Part shown: in pieces, positions 40,330 through 50,340 of the stretch
How the letters are laid out: each line of letters opens with the position of its first letter
How positions within the stretch are numbered: position 1 is the stretch's first letter
Assembly (NCBI GenBank): GCA_963739395.1
Contig: CAVUAE010000002.1
Span: forward strand, 26,384 to 90,383
From: an uncultured Chloroflexia bacterium
GTDB taxonomy: Bacteria > Chloroflexota > Dehalococcoidia > Dehalococcoidales > RBG-16-60-22
DNA length: 64,000 nucleotides
Direction: 5' to 3'
Program-made: the position numbers and the translations under genes
The notes under the pieces: generated by a model
The model's input: only the letters and a program-made list of their open reading frames with translations
What the model was told of the DNA's origin: nothing
The model's database searches: none

Positions 40330-42420
40330 CTATCCTGACTTAATATAAACAGGTAATGAGAAATAGAAGGTAGAACCTTTACTTGGCTCTGATTCAACCC
40401 AAATTTCCCCACCTTGTGCTTCAACCAGTCGCTTGCAGACAACTAGCCCCAGCCCCAGTCCCTGTTTTGCTGCTTTACCTAACCGTTCAAATGGTTCAAA
40501 AATTCTAGCTTTGTCTTCTACTGATATGCCGATGCCTTTATCGGCTATCCCGATGATGATTTTGTCGTTCTTTTTTTGCGCCAGGACTTTTATTTCGCTG
40601 CCTTCGGGGGAGTATTTAACAGCGTTTTCTAAGAGATTATAAATAATCCTCTCCACCCGCATTGAGTCAGCTTCTACCGATGGCAGATTATTCGGAAATT
40701 CGATATGAAAACTATACCCTTCAGCACGGGGTTTTAATTTCTCGATTACGTTTTTTGTTATAAGCGATAAATCAACAGCTTCACGATAAATCTGGAGACG
40801 GCCGGTTTGATACCTCGAGAGTTCCAGCAAGTTTTCCAGTATTGCCGAAAGCGCTCCGGCGCCTTCGATGGCGTTTTCTAGTAAGATTTGTTTATCCTTA
40901 GCTGATATTCCTTCCGAAATTGCTGTCTTTAGCGAACCGGTAATCACCGTCATCGGCGTACGTAGCTCATGGGAGACGAGCCCAATGAATTCGTCCTTCA
41001 TTTGTTCAACTTTTTTACGTTCGGTTATATCTTGTCCTTGTGCTATGGTGGCAATTACTGTCTTGCCGTCTGCCGCATAAAGGTTAGCCGAGTTCCATAG
41101 CAAAATGCGGACGGTACCATCTTTATGAATGATAGGAATCTCTATCACTTCCCACCGCTCGCCAGAAGTAGCCTCCCGGATGTGTTGCATCGATTTATTA
41201 TGGCTTTCGCCTGGGAACAAGATATCCAATTTTATCCCGATTACTTCATCCGATGTACGCCCTGTTAGACGTTCAAAGGCATGGTTGAAGCGCGTGATTT
41301 CGTAATTCGGATTCCAGACGATGATAGGAGCATTGGCATAATTGAACAGATTATCGAGGTAATCGCGGGTTTCACGGAGTTCACTGGTGCGTTCTTCAAC
41401 ACGAGTCTCCAGTTTAGTCTGACTTTCACGTAAAGCTGCCTGTGCCCTTTTTTGTTCGGTAATATCGATACCCATTTCCATGATAAGAGGAGAGCCATCT
41501 GTATCTTTGAAAGGGAAATCATAAATATCATAATTGCGACCATCAGGGCCGGTCCATTCCCAATGATGCGGTGCATTTGTCTTTAAAACTTTATAAGTTT
41601 CACATTTTTCACATGGTTCATTACGATTAAATAGATATTCAAAACAGCGTTTGCCACGGGATTCGCCGAAGTGCTCTCTGAAAAAACGGTTCGCAAAGGG
41701 TACATGATAATCCGGCGATAAAAGTATTACATAAACCGGCAGCATTTCCAGAACGTCATCAAACCGCTTCTTTTCGGTGTTGATGGCCTCCCGAGCTCGT
41801 TTGTGTTCCGAAATTTCCCCTTGTAAAGCCTTGTTTACTTCAGCCAGTTCTTTGGTACGCTCCTGAATGCGTATCTCTAGTTCCTCTTGAGCTTTGCGTA
41901 GAGCCTCCTCGTCTTTTTTATGCGCAGCTATTTCATCATTCAATTCGAGGTTGGTGTTTTCCAATTCGGCAGTCCGCTGTTTTATCAGGTCTTCAAGGTG
42001 CTCACGGTAAGAAATAAGTTCCGTCTCATGCTGTTTGCGAACAGCGACTTCCTTTTTAGCTTCTTCGGTCTTTTTACGCAGGTTATGCGATAGATAGCTG
42101 ATAATCAGACCCACGGCGAAAAATACCAGAGAAATCGGTATGATGTCGATATTAAAGGTAAAAGTGTTGATAGGCGGGAGAAAAAAGTAATCATATGCCG
42201 CCAAACTTAAAAGACAACATAAAATAGATGGAACTAGCCCGAAGAGGGTAGCAGTAAGAACGATAGCTAATATGTATAAAATAGGTATATCAGAAGGTAT
42301 TATTTTAGGTTGTGCAAGCTGCTTTAGCCATGTAGCTAAAGCCACTGTTCCTATAGCGAAAACATAGCCGAACCACCTAGAGTTTATTATTAAGCGGTAG
42401 ACGTTTTTAACAGTTTTCAT
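40330..42420 (-). CDS. Sensor histidine kinase: DUF4118-like TM module, coiled coil, two PAS domains, HisKA, HATPase
   Basis: 696 aa. H-box VSHELRTPMT, and N/G boxes NLLENAVKYS, DKGIGI, GLGLGL. The first PAS domain carries C-x11-C-x2-C (CFEYLFNRNEPCEKC). Confidence 0.9.
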   Translation of the reverse strand: MKTVKNVYRLIINSRWFGYVFAIGTVALATWLKQLAQPKIIPSDIPILYILAIVLTATLFGLVPSILCCLLSLAAYDYFFLPPINTFTFNIDIIPISLVFFAVGLIISYLSHNLRKKTEEAKKEVAVRKQHETELISYREHLEDLIKQRTAELENTNLELNDEIAAHKKDEEALRKAQEELEIRIQERTKELAEVNKALQGEISEHKRAREAINTEKKRFDDVLEMLPVYVILLSPDYHVPFANRFFREHFGESRGKRCFEYLFNRNEPCEKCETYKVLKTNAPHHWEWTGPDGRNYDIYDFPFKDTDGSPLIMEMGIDITEQKRAQAALRESQTKLETRVEERTSELRETRDYLDNLFNYANAPIIVWNPNYEITRFNHAFERLTGRTSDEVIGIKLDILFPGESHNKSMQHIREATSGERWEVIEIPIIHKDGTVRILLWNSANLYAADGKTVIATIAQGQDITERKKVEQMKDEFIGLVSHELRTPMTVITGSLKTAISEGISAKDKQILLENAIEGAGALSAILENLLELSRYQTGRLQIYREAVDLSLITKNVIEKLKPRAEGYSFHIEFPNNLPSVEADSMRVERIIYNLLENAVKYSPEGSEIKVLAQKKNDKIIIGIADKGIGISVEDKARIFEPFERLGKAAKQGLGLGLVVCKRLVEAQGGEIWVESEPSKGSTFYFSLPVYIKSG

Positions 42421-42486
42421 GGCTTCTCCCCTTAGTTTATCACGTATCTATCAAAAAAGTGATAAATGACCCTCCCACGATTTCAT

Positions 42487-42515
42487 ATATTATCATTATT
42501 CGAAATTGGTGACAA
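42487..42515 (-). promoter_or_regulatory. Sigma70-like promoter of the histidine kinase gene
   Basis: Minus strand: TTGTCA, 17-nt spacer, TAATAT. There is no upstream TGTCAT half-site. Confidence 0.4.
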
Positions 42516-42590
42516 TCGGTTCTTGAGGAAGGATGCCTCTAACGCTGGAGTTGGTTTCACCGATAGGAGAAGTTATTAATCCAGCTCTAA

Positions 42591-42626
42591 TAAAAAATAA
42601 AGGATGGATATAAATATACCCATCCT
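42591..42626 (-). terminator. Rho-independent terminator after the HD-GYP regulator gene
   Basis: Minus strand: AGGATGG, 12-nt loop, CCATCCT, then TTATTTTTTA. Confidence 0.55.
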
Positions 42627-42656
42627 CTTTTTACTCTATATCTTTTTAACTGATAT

Positions 42657-43679
42657 TTAGTTTTTATGCGGCTGAAGCATTTGCTGTTGGATATAATAAA
42701 TCATCACATTAGCGATAGTCGGATCGAATTGAGAACCGCTATACCATCGGATTTCTTCTATCGCGTCCAACTTGGTCAATGCTTTGCGGTAAGGTCGGTC
42801 GGAAGTCATCGCATGATAGGCATCGGCTAAAGCGATAATCCTGGCACCTAGCGGGATATCCTTACCAGTAACTTTCTGAGCAAAGCCACTACCGTCGAAA
42901 TGGTCATGATGATGCGATATGATATCTACCACGGTTTCGTTGACAAAAGGCTTTACAAGGTTAGGTCCCACAATAGCATGGGTCATGATATGACGGTATT
43001 CGGCGGATGTAAGTTCGCTTGGTTTATTGAGGATATTCGGGTCAACGGCGATTTTACCGACATCATGCAGCAGAGCTGCCCAACGCAAGTCATCTAGTTC
43101 ATTAAAGCCAAGATTCAGCTGTGAGCCTACAGTTATAGCCGTTTCGGCGACGGCTTGAGAATGACCTTTAGTGAAAATATCTCTGGACTCGAGGGTATTA
43201 ACCAGTGTCTGAATAGCTCCGAGGAAGAGACGCCGTGATTCAGTCTGGTTTTTAACGATTTTCTTGCCAAAATCCTGGAAATAACGCTGGATTTCTAGTG
43301 CTAGTCGCCGCTTATCCAAAGTAGTGTTAACGCTCGCTAATACCTGCTCAAAGCGGAACGGTTTATTGATATAGTCCTGGGCGCCATCCTGGATACATTT
43401 AGCGATTACCTGGGTATCACTCACGCCGCTGGCCATAATAACGGCTGTTTCCGGGAAACGGGTAGTGATATTCGGCAATACCTCGCTGCCTGTTTTTCCC
43501 GGCATATTGATATCCATAATCACGAGGTCGGAAGGTTTTTTGTCCAGCTTTTCTAATGCCTGGGCGCCATTTTCAGCCTCATCGCAAACATACCCGCGCA
43601 TTCCCAAACCCTTAGATAGAATAGTGCGTATTGCTTCTTCATCATCAACGAGTAAAATACTCTCTTTCGGCATCGTCAT
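42657..43679 (-). CDS. Response regulator with HD-GYP (c-di-GMP phosphodiesterase-type) output domain
   Basis: REC domain (ILLVDDEE...DLVIMDINMPG...KP) plus an HD domain (HSQAV...LHDVGK...HHDHFDGSGF). Start moved to the ATG at 43679, behind GGAGG. Confidence 0.85.
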   Translation of the reverse strand: MTMPKESILLVDDEEAIRTILSKGLGMRGYVCDEAENGAQALEKLDKKPSDLVIMDINMPGKTGSEVLPNITTRFPETAVIMASGVSDTQVIAKCIQDGAQDYINKPFRFEQVLASVNTTLDKRRLALEIQRYFQDFGKKIVKNQTESRRLFLGAIQTLVNTLESRDIFTKGHSQAVAETAITVGSQLNLGFNELDDLRWAALLHDVGKIAVDPNILNKPSELTSAEYRHIMTHAIVGPNLVKPFVNETVVDIISHHHDHFDGSGFAQKVTGKDIPLGARIIALADAYHAMTSDRPYRKALTKLDAIEEIRWYSGSQFDPTIANVMIYYIQQQMLQPHKN

Positions 43680-43866
43680 ACCCTCACCTCCTAACACTAA
43701 ATCCAGCCTATGCCTGTATTTTAAGAAGTCATAGCTAAATAACACGTTAATTTCAATCGGTAACGCATAAACAAAATGTAAATTTTTTAAATCCCAATAC
43801 GATGAAAAATACCTAATTAATGGTGAAAACGGATGAAATTTGAAACTTTTGTAACGGAATAAACGA

Positions 43867-44445
43867 TTATTTCAGTGTGACGGCGCTAATCTTGGTATAA
43901 ATGGGGCCTTCGGGGGTTAGCTGGCTTTTCATCAAGTTAATAGCTTTAATATCGATTTTATACTTACCTTCGAAGCTAGTAGCGGAGATAAGCTCGCCGA
44001 GTTTCCGTCGTTCGTCCGGTCGAGCATAATCACGCACACGAGCTAACGTAAGATGGGGCGTAAAGGGTCGTGCTTCTACCGAGAAACCAAGCGGCTTTAG
44101 GCATTCTTCGGTACGTTTTTGGAGTTGACTTAATCTTTCCAGGTCGCCAGTAAGTCCCACCCATAATATCTGGATATGGTTCATGTTGGGGAAAACGCCC
44201 AGACCACTTGCCTCGATACTAAATGGAGTCGTTCCTTGAGTAGCGGTTTCTAACGCTGCTGTTATATTTCCGGTGATGCCAATATCAATATCGCCGAAGA
44301 ATTTAAGAGTTATATGGATATTCCCGGGCGCAACCCACCTTAACGGCACGTTACCAGCCGATTTAAATTTACTTTGGAGTTCTACCAGCGCCTTTTTCAG
44401 CTCTTCGGGTAATTCAATGGCGATGAAAGAACGTATTTTTTCCAT
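43867..44445 (-). CDS. thpR: RNA 2',3'-cyclic phosphodiesterase (2H/LigT family)
   Basis: Two H-x-T/S-x motifs, HITLKF and HLTLAR. Start taken at MEKIRSFIAIELP. Confidence 0.8.
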   Translation of the reverse strand: MEKIRSFIAIELPEELKKALVELQSKFKSAGNVPLRWVAPGNIHITLKFFGDIDIGITGNITAALETATQGTTPFSIEASGLGVFPNMNHIQILWVGLTGDLERLSQLQKRTEECLKPLGFSVEARPFTPHLTLARVRDYARPDERRKLGELISATSFEGKYKIDIKAINLMKSQLTPEGPIYTKISAVTLK

Positions 44446-44452
44446 ATTTTTA

Positions 44453-45292
44453 CTAAATACCGAGCAAACGGCGGGCATTACCGCACAAAATTTCTTCTTT
44501 GTTTTCTTCCTGTAAATCCGCTGCCTGGATTTCTTTAATAATTCGCGCCTGCGATATGACCGGGAAATCGCTGCCGTAAAGAATCCTATCCGCGCCGATT
44601 AATTGACTCACATGGAGGTATATTTCCGGGCGGTAGAGGTAGGGCGATATTGCGGTATCAAAATATACATTTTCTAATGCTTCCCGCACCTCCGGCATGA
44701 GGGTATAGAAAGGCAATCCCCCACCCCAATGAGCACAAACCACCGGTAAATCGCCGAAATTGCCGATGAATTTGTACAATAGCTCTGGTGTGGCAGCGCC
44801 TTTGCCGGGGTAAACATGCCCTACCGGCTCCGTCGAATGAGTTAAAACGATTAATTTATGCTTACGTATAAAGTCAACAAAGGGTTTAATGACATTCTTT
44901 TTCGTGTAGTCCAGCGGCTGCGTATCCGGTCTTAACTCACCTACACCCCTTACCCCCCCACGAACACAGCGTTCGATTTCTTTAAGAGAGACATCATCAG
45001 TGTAAGAGCTGACCGCACAGAAACCAATTAAGCGCTTGGGATAACGGGAGACGGACTCTAAAACATAGTCGTTGGTTGCTACACATAATTCGTGCGTCGT
45101 CCAGCTGTAATTGACGATGACGGAAATATCGACCCCATCTTTATCCATGTTACTGATGAGGTCTTCGGCGGTGGCGATTTTCACCTTATCGCTGGAGTAT
45201 ATTTGCGCGAAAGCGGAGTCTTTGGACATATATGGGCTGCGGTTGTTCTTTATCCGTGGCGGCAACACATGCGTGTGGAAATCAATAATCAT
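44453..45292 (-). CDS. Amidohydrolase-2 family metal-dependent hydrolase
   Basis: MIIDFHTHVLPP at the N-terminus, as in TIM-barrel amidohydrolases. The 74-aa Arg/Lys-rich extension in the ORF track overlaps the L25 gene tail in another frame and is rejected. Confidence 0.75.
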   Translation of the reverse strand: MIIDFHTHVLPPRIKNNRSPYMSKDSAFAQIYSSDKVKIATAEDLISNMDKDGVDISVIVNYSWTTHELCVATNDYVLESVSRYPKRLIGFCAVSSYTDDVSLKEIERCVRGGVRGVGELRPDTQPLDYTKKNVIKPFVDFIRKHKLIVLTHSTEPVGHVYPGKGAATPELLYKFIGNFGDLPVVCAHWGGGLPFYTLMPEVREALENVYFDTAISPYLYRPEIYLHVSQLIGADRILYGSDFPVISQARIIKEIQAADLQEENKEEILCGNARRLLGI

Positions 45293-45329
45293 CTCATACC
45301 ACAAACCCGCAGCGATAAAACCGGTTGGG

Positions 45330-46100
45330 TTATTCTTTTTTCTCTGGTGCTTTCTTTTCCGGAGCTTTCTTCTGATCGAAAGGAGCCTTCTTTTCAGCAC
45401 CTTTCTTGTCGGCTCCTGGCGCTCCGGCTTCAGCCGCCGCTGGCTTCTCCGCCGCCCCTTCCGCTGCTCCTTCTTCACCCTCGGCGACCGCTTCACCTTC
45501 AGCCACTTCCGCAACCACCGGTTTCTCTTCTTCGATCTTGATAACGATTTCAGAGACCTTAACTACCAGCAACTCGGGGTCATCATGAATAAGAATATCT
45601 GGGTCGAGGTGAATATCCTTGATATAGATAGATTGGTCTAGCTCAGCAAGGACGCTTATGTCAACTTCAATCTGTGGAGGAACCTTTTCCGGCAGACATT
45701 CTAGGTGTAAAGCCGTCGTACCACGGGAAAGGATACGTCCCTTGCCTTTCATAGCAGGAGCTTCGCCAACCAGGACGATAGGCACGTCGGTAGTTATCTT
45801 TTCGCCCTTTCTTACCTGGTAAAAATCGACGTGAAGCAACTCGCGGGTCAACGCATCTTTCTGGATTTCACGTAAGAAGACGTTTTTAGGTTCTTTTTCA
45901 CCTTCGACTGTGAGGTTGATAAGGCGTGTCATCCCGGCATGAGCTATTATCTTCTTTAACTCACTTGTATTACACTGTAAAGCTAATGATTCTAAACTAT
46001 GTCCAAAGAGATGCGCCGGTGTAAAGCCCTGGCGCCGTAAAAACCTTGTTTTCTTGCCAAGCACATCCCTTTTCGTTGCTTTTATCTTAAGTTCCTGCAT
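45330..46100 (-). CDS. rplY: 50S ribosomal protein L25 / general stress protein Ctc form
   Basis: ATKRDVLGKKTRFLRRQGFTPAHLFG and a two-domain Ctc layout. The tail is Ala/Glu/Lys-rich. Confidence 0.9.
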   Translation of the reverse strand: MQELKIKATKRDVLGKKTRFLRRQGFTPAHLFGHSLESLALQCNTSELKKIIAHAGMTRLINLTVEGEKEPKNVFLREIQKDALTRELLHVDFYQVRKGEKITTDVPIVLVGEAPAMKGKGRILSRGTTALHLECLPEKVPPQIEVDISVLAELDQSIYIKDIHLDPDILIHDDPELLVVKVSEIVIKIEEEKPVVAEVAEGEAVAEGEEGAAEGAAEKPAAAEAGAPGADKKGAEKKAPFDQKKAPEKKAPEKKE

Positions 46101-46256
46101 GAAATAACCCCTTTCAACCTTACAATTTAACCATAAAGAGCTTAAAAAATCAATTTAGCAAACATGATTCAGGTTTTGGCGGCTTCTCTAAAACATTTGA
46201 CGGCAAGAAAGAGAATATGCCTATAATTAATCTTAAAAATTGTAAGAACGTAACAT

Positions 46257-47030
46257 ATGAGCGATATAGCTTTTGGGTTTTTAATATGCACTTTGGCTGG
46301 TTTATCTACTGGCATCGGCAGCGCTATTGCTTATTTCATACGTAAACCCGGACCCAAAATCATGTCTTTTATCCTTGGATTTTCTGCTGGTGTCATGCTT
46401 TATGTTTCTTTTGGCGAGCTGCTGCATCAATCATTCGATAAAGTAGGATTTGGCACCGGCAATATAGGTTTTTTCGCCGGCATAGCTTTTATTGCGATAC
46501 TCGATATCTTTATTCCTCACGAATATAAAGAGGAGCACGTTAATAGACGCCAACGCAATTTAAGCGCCTCTCGCTCAATGATGATGCGGGTAGGGATACT
46601 CACAGCAATCGGTATCGCTATTCATAACATCCCTGAAGGTCTAGCCGTCTTTAGCAGTGGCATTACTGGCGATAAGACCTTCGGCTTACTGGTAGCTATC
46701 GCCATTGCCCTCCATAATATACCTGAAGGAATCAGCGTCTCCATACCTATTTGGGAAGCCACTGGTTCGCGCAACCGTGCCTTTCTATATTCTTTCGCAT
46801 CCGGACTTGCCGAACCACTCGGCGCTGTAATCGGGTATGCCTTTCTTTTCAATTTCCTTACCCCCACCCTAATATACTCGCTTCTGGCTTTTGCCGCTGG
46901 AATTATGGTCTATATCAGCCTCGATGAACTATTACCCGCTGCAAATTCTTACGGTAAACCCCATCTGGTAATCATCGGCACCATCGCCGGTATGGTGCTG
47001 ATGGCTTTAAGCATCTACCTGATACGTTAG
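46257..47030 (+). CDS. zupT: ZIP-family zinc transporter
   Basis: 257 aa with about 8 TM helices and a duplicated HNIPEG motif. Confidence 0.85.
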   Translation: MSDIAFGFLICTLAGLSTGIGSAIAYFIRKPGPKIMSFILGFSAGVMLYVSFGELLHQSFDKVGFGTGNIGFFAGIAFIAILDIFIPHEYKEEHVNRRQRNLSASRSMMMRVGILTAIGIAIHNIPEGLAVFSSGITGDKTFGLLVAIAIALHNIPEGISVSIPIWEATGSRNRAFLYSFASGLAEPLGAVIGYAFLFNFLTPTLIYSLLAFAAGIMVYISLDELLPAANSYGKPHLVIIGTIAGMVLMALSIYLIR

Positions 47031-47076
47031 TAAGCTTACACTCCCGCATGATATAATTTATCCAAGTGTATTTATT

Positions 47077-48468
47077 ATGTTTAAGAAAATATTAATCGCT
47101 AATCGTGGCGAAATAGCCGTAAGAATAATCAGAACCTGCCGCGAAATGGGTATCAGTCCCGTTGCCGTATATTCGGAAGTTGATGCCGATTCATTGCATG
47201 TCCGGCTGGCTGATGAAGCCTACTCTATCGGTCCAGCAGAAACAACACACAGCTATCTTAATACCGCAAAGATACTTGAGGTCGCCCTTTCGTGTAAAGC
47301 CGACGCGATTCATCCTGGATATGGCTTCCTGGCGGAAAATCCGGACTTTGTGGAAATGTGCGAAAAAAAAGGGCTGACCTTCATCGGACCACCCAGTCAG
47401 GCGATGTATAAAGTCAAACCCAAGTTCGCCGCCCGCAATTTAATGAGCCTATTAAATATCCCCGTCGTCCCCGGTCACGACCAGGTACTTACCGGAAAAA
47501 CAGAAAAAAACCTCACACGTATTCGAGAAGTCGCGGAGAATATCGGCTATCCCATTATCGTCAAGCCCTCCGGCGGTGGCGGGGGTATCGGCATGACCAT
47601 TGCCCATAATTATGAAGAACTAGGGAAAGCCATCAACTTGGTAGAAGGGAGGGGACGCAAGCTTTTCGGCGTCTCGTCTTTCTACATCGAAAAGTATCTT
47701 CCCAGTATCAAACATATTGAATTCCAGGTGCTGGCGGATAAGTATGGCAACGTCATTCACCTTGGCGAGCGTGATTGTTCAATACAGCGGCGTTTTCAAA
47801 AGCTGATAGAGGAAGCCCCCTGTTCTATCTTATCACCGCACCTAAGGATGAAAATGGGCGCCGCGGCTTTGGATATCGCCATGGCGATGGAATACGTCAA
47901 TGCCATGACCGTCGAATTCTTTTACCTGCCCAAGACACAGGAGTTCTTTTTTAACGAAGTGAATACGCGTTTACAGGTAGAGCACTGTGTGACAGAACTG
48001 GTTACTGATGTTGATATCGTAAAAGAACAAATAAGAATCGCCGCCGGCGAAGAGCTTGTTTATACGCAGGATGATATTAACCGTAAGGCATGGTCGATGG
48101 AATGCCGTATCACCGCAGAAAATGTAGCGCAAAATTTCCTCCCCTCACCCGGTCAGATAACCAAACTTCACCTGCCACATGGTCCGGGATTAAGAATCGA
48201 TGAGGGCATTTACGAAGGCTACACCGTGCCCTTCTACTACGACCCCCTGCTGTGTAAATTGATGACGTGGGGTAAAACCAGGGAAGAAGCTATCCTGCGG
48301 ATGAAAAGGGCAATAAACGAAATTAAGATTGAAGGCATCGTGACTAATATTCCCTTCCACCTTGTCGCATTGTCAGACAAGGAATTTAACAGCGGTGAGT
48401 ACACTACCGACTTTATTGAAAAGCAGCAAATTATACAAAAGGTGCGCGAGCAGATAAAGAAGGCATAA
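47077..48468 (+). CDS. accC: Biotin carboxylase (acetyl-CoA or pyruvate carboxylase subunit A)
   Basis: KILIANRGEIAVRIIRTCREMGI, an ATP-grasp core and RLQVEHCVTE. Confidence 0.9.
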   Translation: MFKKILIANRGEIAVRIIRTCREMGISPVAVYSEVDADSLHVRLADEAYSIGPAETTHSYLNTAKILEVALSCKADAIHPGYGFLAENPDFVEMCEKKGLTFIGPPSQAMYKVKPKFAARNLMSLLNIPVVPGHDQVLTGKTEKNLTRIREVAENIGYPIIVKPSGGGGGIGMTIAHNYEELGKAINLVEGRGRKLFGVSSFYIEKYLPSIKHIEFQVLADKYGNVIHLGERDCSIQRRFQKLIEEAPCSILSPHLRMKMGAAALDIAMAMEYVNAMTVEFFYLPKTQEFFFNEVNTRLQVEHCVTELVTDVDIVKEQIRIAAGEELVYTQDDINRKAWSMECRITAENVAQNFLPSPGQITKLHLPHGPGLRIDEGIYEGYTVPFYYDPLLCKLMTWGKTREEAILRMKRAINEIKIEGIVTNIPFHLVALSDKEFNSGEYTTDFIEKQQIIQKVREQIKKA

Positions 48469-48516
48469 GAAAGATAATAGACTTACACACCGGCGTCATT
48501 ATATAATATTGACGCA

Positions 48517-49389
48517 GTGAACTTTTCAAATAATCTCCAAAAATCAACCTCGGCTGCCAGCACAAACGCCGGGGTTTTTTCGTCTAATGAAGACCTGACT
48601 GCGGTCTGTAAAAGACTCCGCCGCGACATTGTAACTATGATAGCTAAAGCCGGCAGCGGGCATCCTGGCGGCTCATTATCCGCCGTGGAAATTGTTGTTA
48701 CACTCTACTGGAAAGTGCTGCGTCATAAGCCCACCGACCCCACGTGGAAAGACCGTGATAGATTCATCTTAAGCAAGGGACATGCTGCCCCCGTCCTTTA
48801 CGCCGCTCTGGCGGAATCCGGTTATTTTCCAAAATCAGAGCTGGAGACACTACGCCAAATCGATAGTCATTTGCAGGGTCACGCCGACCGCACGTCGACG
48901 CCGGGTGTCGAAATGTCGTCGGGGAGTTTGGGGCAGGGTCTATCTTTCGCCATCGGCGCCGCTCTGGCTGGACGACTGGATAAAGCGTCATGGCGCGTTT
49001 ACGCCCTTTTAAGCGACGGGGAGTGCGACGAGGGACAGACCTGGGAAGCGGTGATGTCCGCCGCGATGTTTAAGGTAGATAACCTGACCGCTATCGTGGA
49101 TAACAACGGCATCCAGTTAAGCGGCTTTAACAAAGACATTATGAATCTCGACCCGCTGAATAAAAAGTTCGAGTCCTTCGGCTGGCACGTTATCGAGATT
49201 AACGGCCATGACTTAAAGCAGATTCTGGACGCCCTGAAAAAAGCCCAACAAGTTAAGGGTAAGCCCACCGTCATCATCGCCCACACGATTAAGGGCAAGG
49301 GCGTGAGCTTTATGGAAAACAACGTAGATTTTCACGGCAAAGCCCCCAACACCGAGCAATTAGAAAAAGCCTTAAAGGAGTTGGCTTAA
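48517..49389 (+). CDS. tkt: Transketolase, N-terminal (TPP-binding) subunit
   Basis: GSGHPGGSLS, LSKGHA and GSLGQGL. This is the split-gene form. GTG start. Confidence 0.9.
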   Translation: MNFSNNLQKSTSAASTNAGVFSSNEDLTAVCKRLRRDIVTMIAKAGSGHPGGSLSAVEIVVTLYWKVLRHKPTDPTWKDRDRFILSKGHAAPVLYAALAESGYFPKSELETLRQIDSHLQGHADRTSTPGVEMSSGSLGQGLSFAIGAALAGRLDKASWRVYALLSDGECDEGQTWEAVMSAAMFKVDNLTAIVDNNGIQLSGFNKDIMNLDPLNKKFESFGWHVIEINGHDLKQILDALKKAQQVKGKPTVIIAHTIKGKGVSFMENNVDFHGKAPNTEQLEKALKELA

Positions 49390-49390
49390 T

Positions 49391-50332
49391 ATGCCGGAAG
49401 AAGTCGCCCCAAGAGAAGTCTTCGGCAAGACATTGGTTGAATTAGGCAAAGAGAATCCGAATATTGTCGTGCTGGATGCTGACCTTTCCCCTTCGACGAT
49501 GACGCAATATTTTAAGAAGGAATTTCCGGAACGCTTTTTTGAGGTCGGTATTGCCGAGCAAAATATGATCGGTATCGCCTCCGGTTTGGCGGCTAATGGC
49601 AAGATCCCATTCGCCAGCACCTTTGCCGTTTTTGCGACGAGTCGCTGCTTCGACCAGATACGCGTCTCGGTGGCGCAGGCAAAGCTCAACGTGAAAATAG
49701 TATCCACCCACTCCGGCTTGAGTGTCGGCGAGGACGGCGCTTCGCATCAGGCGCTGGAAGACCTGGCGCTTATTTGCTCGCTGCCCGGCTTCACCGTCAT
49801 TGTTCCGGCGGATGGAATTGAAACCGCGCAGGTTATCAGGGCTGTTGCCGCATATAAAGGCCCTTGTTACGTTCGACTGATTCGCGGCAAGCTGCCGTTG
49901 GTCTTCGATAATAACTACAAATTTGAAATCGGTAAGGCTGCGGTAATGCGACAGGGTAAAGACGCCACTATCATGGCTATCGGCACTATGGTGGCGCCTG
50001 CTTTAGAAGCCGCAGCGACTTTAGCTCAAGATGGCATTAACTGCCGCGTGCTGAATATGTCCACACTTAAGCCGATAGATGAAGCGGCAATTCTTCAAGC
50101 CGCTAAAGAAACCGGCGCTATCGTCACCGCCGAAGAACACCAGGAACATGGCGGTTTAGGTAGTATCGTGGCGCGTGTTGTCGCTAAACGCTACCCCGTA
50201 CCAATGGAATTTATTGCCGTCAAGGATAAATTCGGCATGTCCGGCAAGCCAGCAGAACTATTGGCAAGATATAGACTGACGTATAAAGATATTGCGCAAG
50301 CCGCGTTCGACGCGATAAAGAGAAAACAGTAA
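49391..50332 (+). CDS. tkt: Transketolase, C-terminal (pyrimidine-binding) subunit
   Basis: FFEVGIAEQNMIGIASGLA and EDGASHQALEDLA. There is a 1-nt gap after the N-terminal subunit gene. Confidence 0.9.
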   Translation: MPEEVAPREVFGKTLVELGKENPNIVVLDADLSPSTMTQYFKKEFPERFFEVGIAEQNMIGIASGLAANGKIPFASTFAVFATSRCFDQIRVSVAQAKLNVKIVSTHSGLSVGEDGASHQALEDLALICSLPGFTVIVPADGIETAQVIRAVAAYKGPCYVRLIRGKLPLVFDNNYKFEIGKAAVMRQGKDATIMAIGTMVAPALEAAATLAQDGINCRVLNMSTLKPIDEAAILQAAKETGAIVTAEEHQEHGGLGSIVARVVAKRYPVPMEFIAVKDKFGMSGKPAELLARYRLTYKDIAQAAFDAIKRKQ

Positions 50333-50340
50333 TTATAACC

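Noticed and set aside
43840-43856. TGAAACTTTTGTAAC near the thpR 3' end as a seventh copy of the Pho-box-like operator
   Set aside because: The first half-site is degenerate. No -10 follows at 18 nt. It points into the 3' end of a convergent gene.
45293-45514. 74-aa Arg/Lys-rich N-terminal extension of the amidohydrolase ORF
   Set aside because: It lies in an alternative frame of the L25 Ala/Glu/Lys-rich tail on the same strand. The amidohydrolase family begins at MIIDFHTH. The open frame is a side effect of the low-complexity GAA/AAG/GCN repeats, as are the plus-strand ORFs 45092..45541, 45111..45641 and 45406..45588.
46118-46245. 10-bp inverted repeat CTTACAATTT / AAATTGTAAG upstream of zupT as a possible Zur operator
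   Set aside because: The arms are about 110 bp apart and are not a compact palindrome. They do not resemble the Zur boxes I know. This is probably chance in AT-rich spacer.
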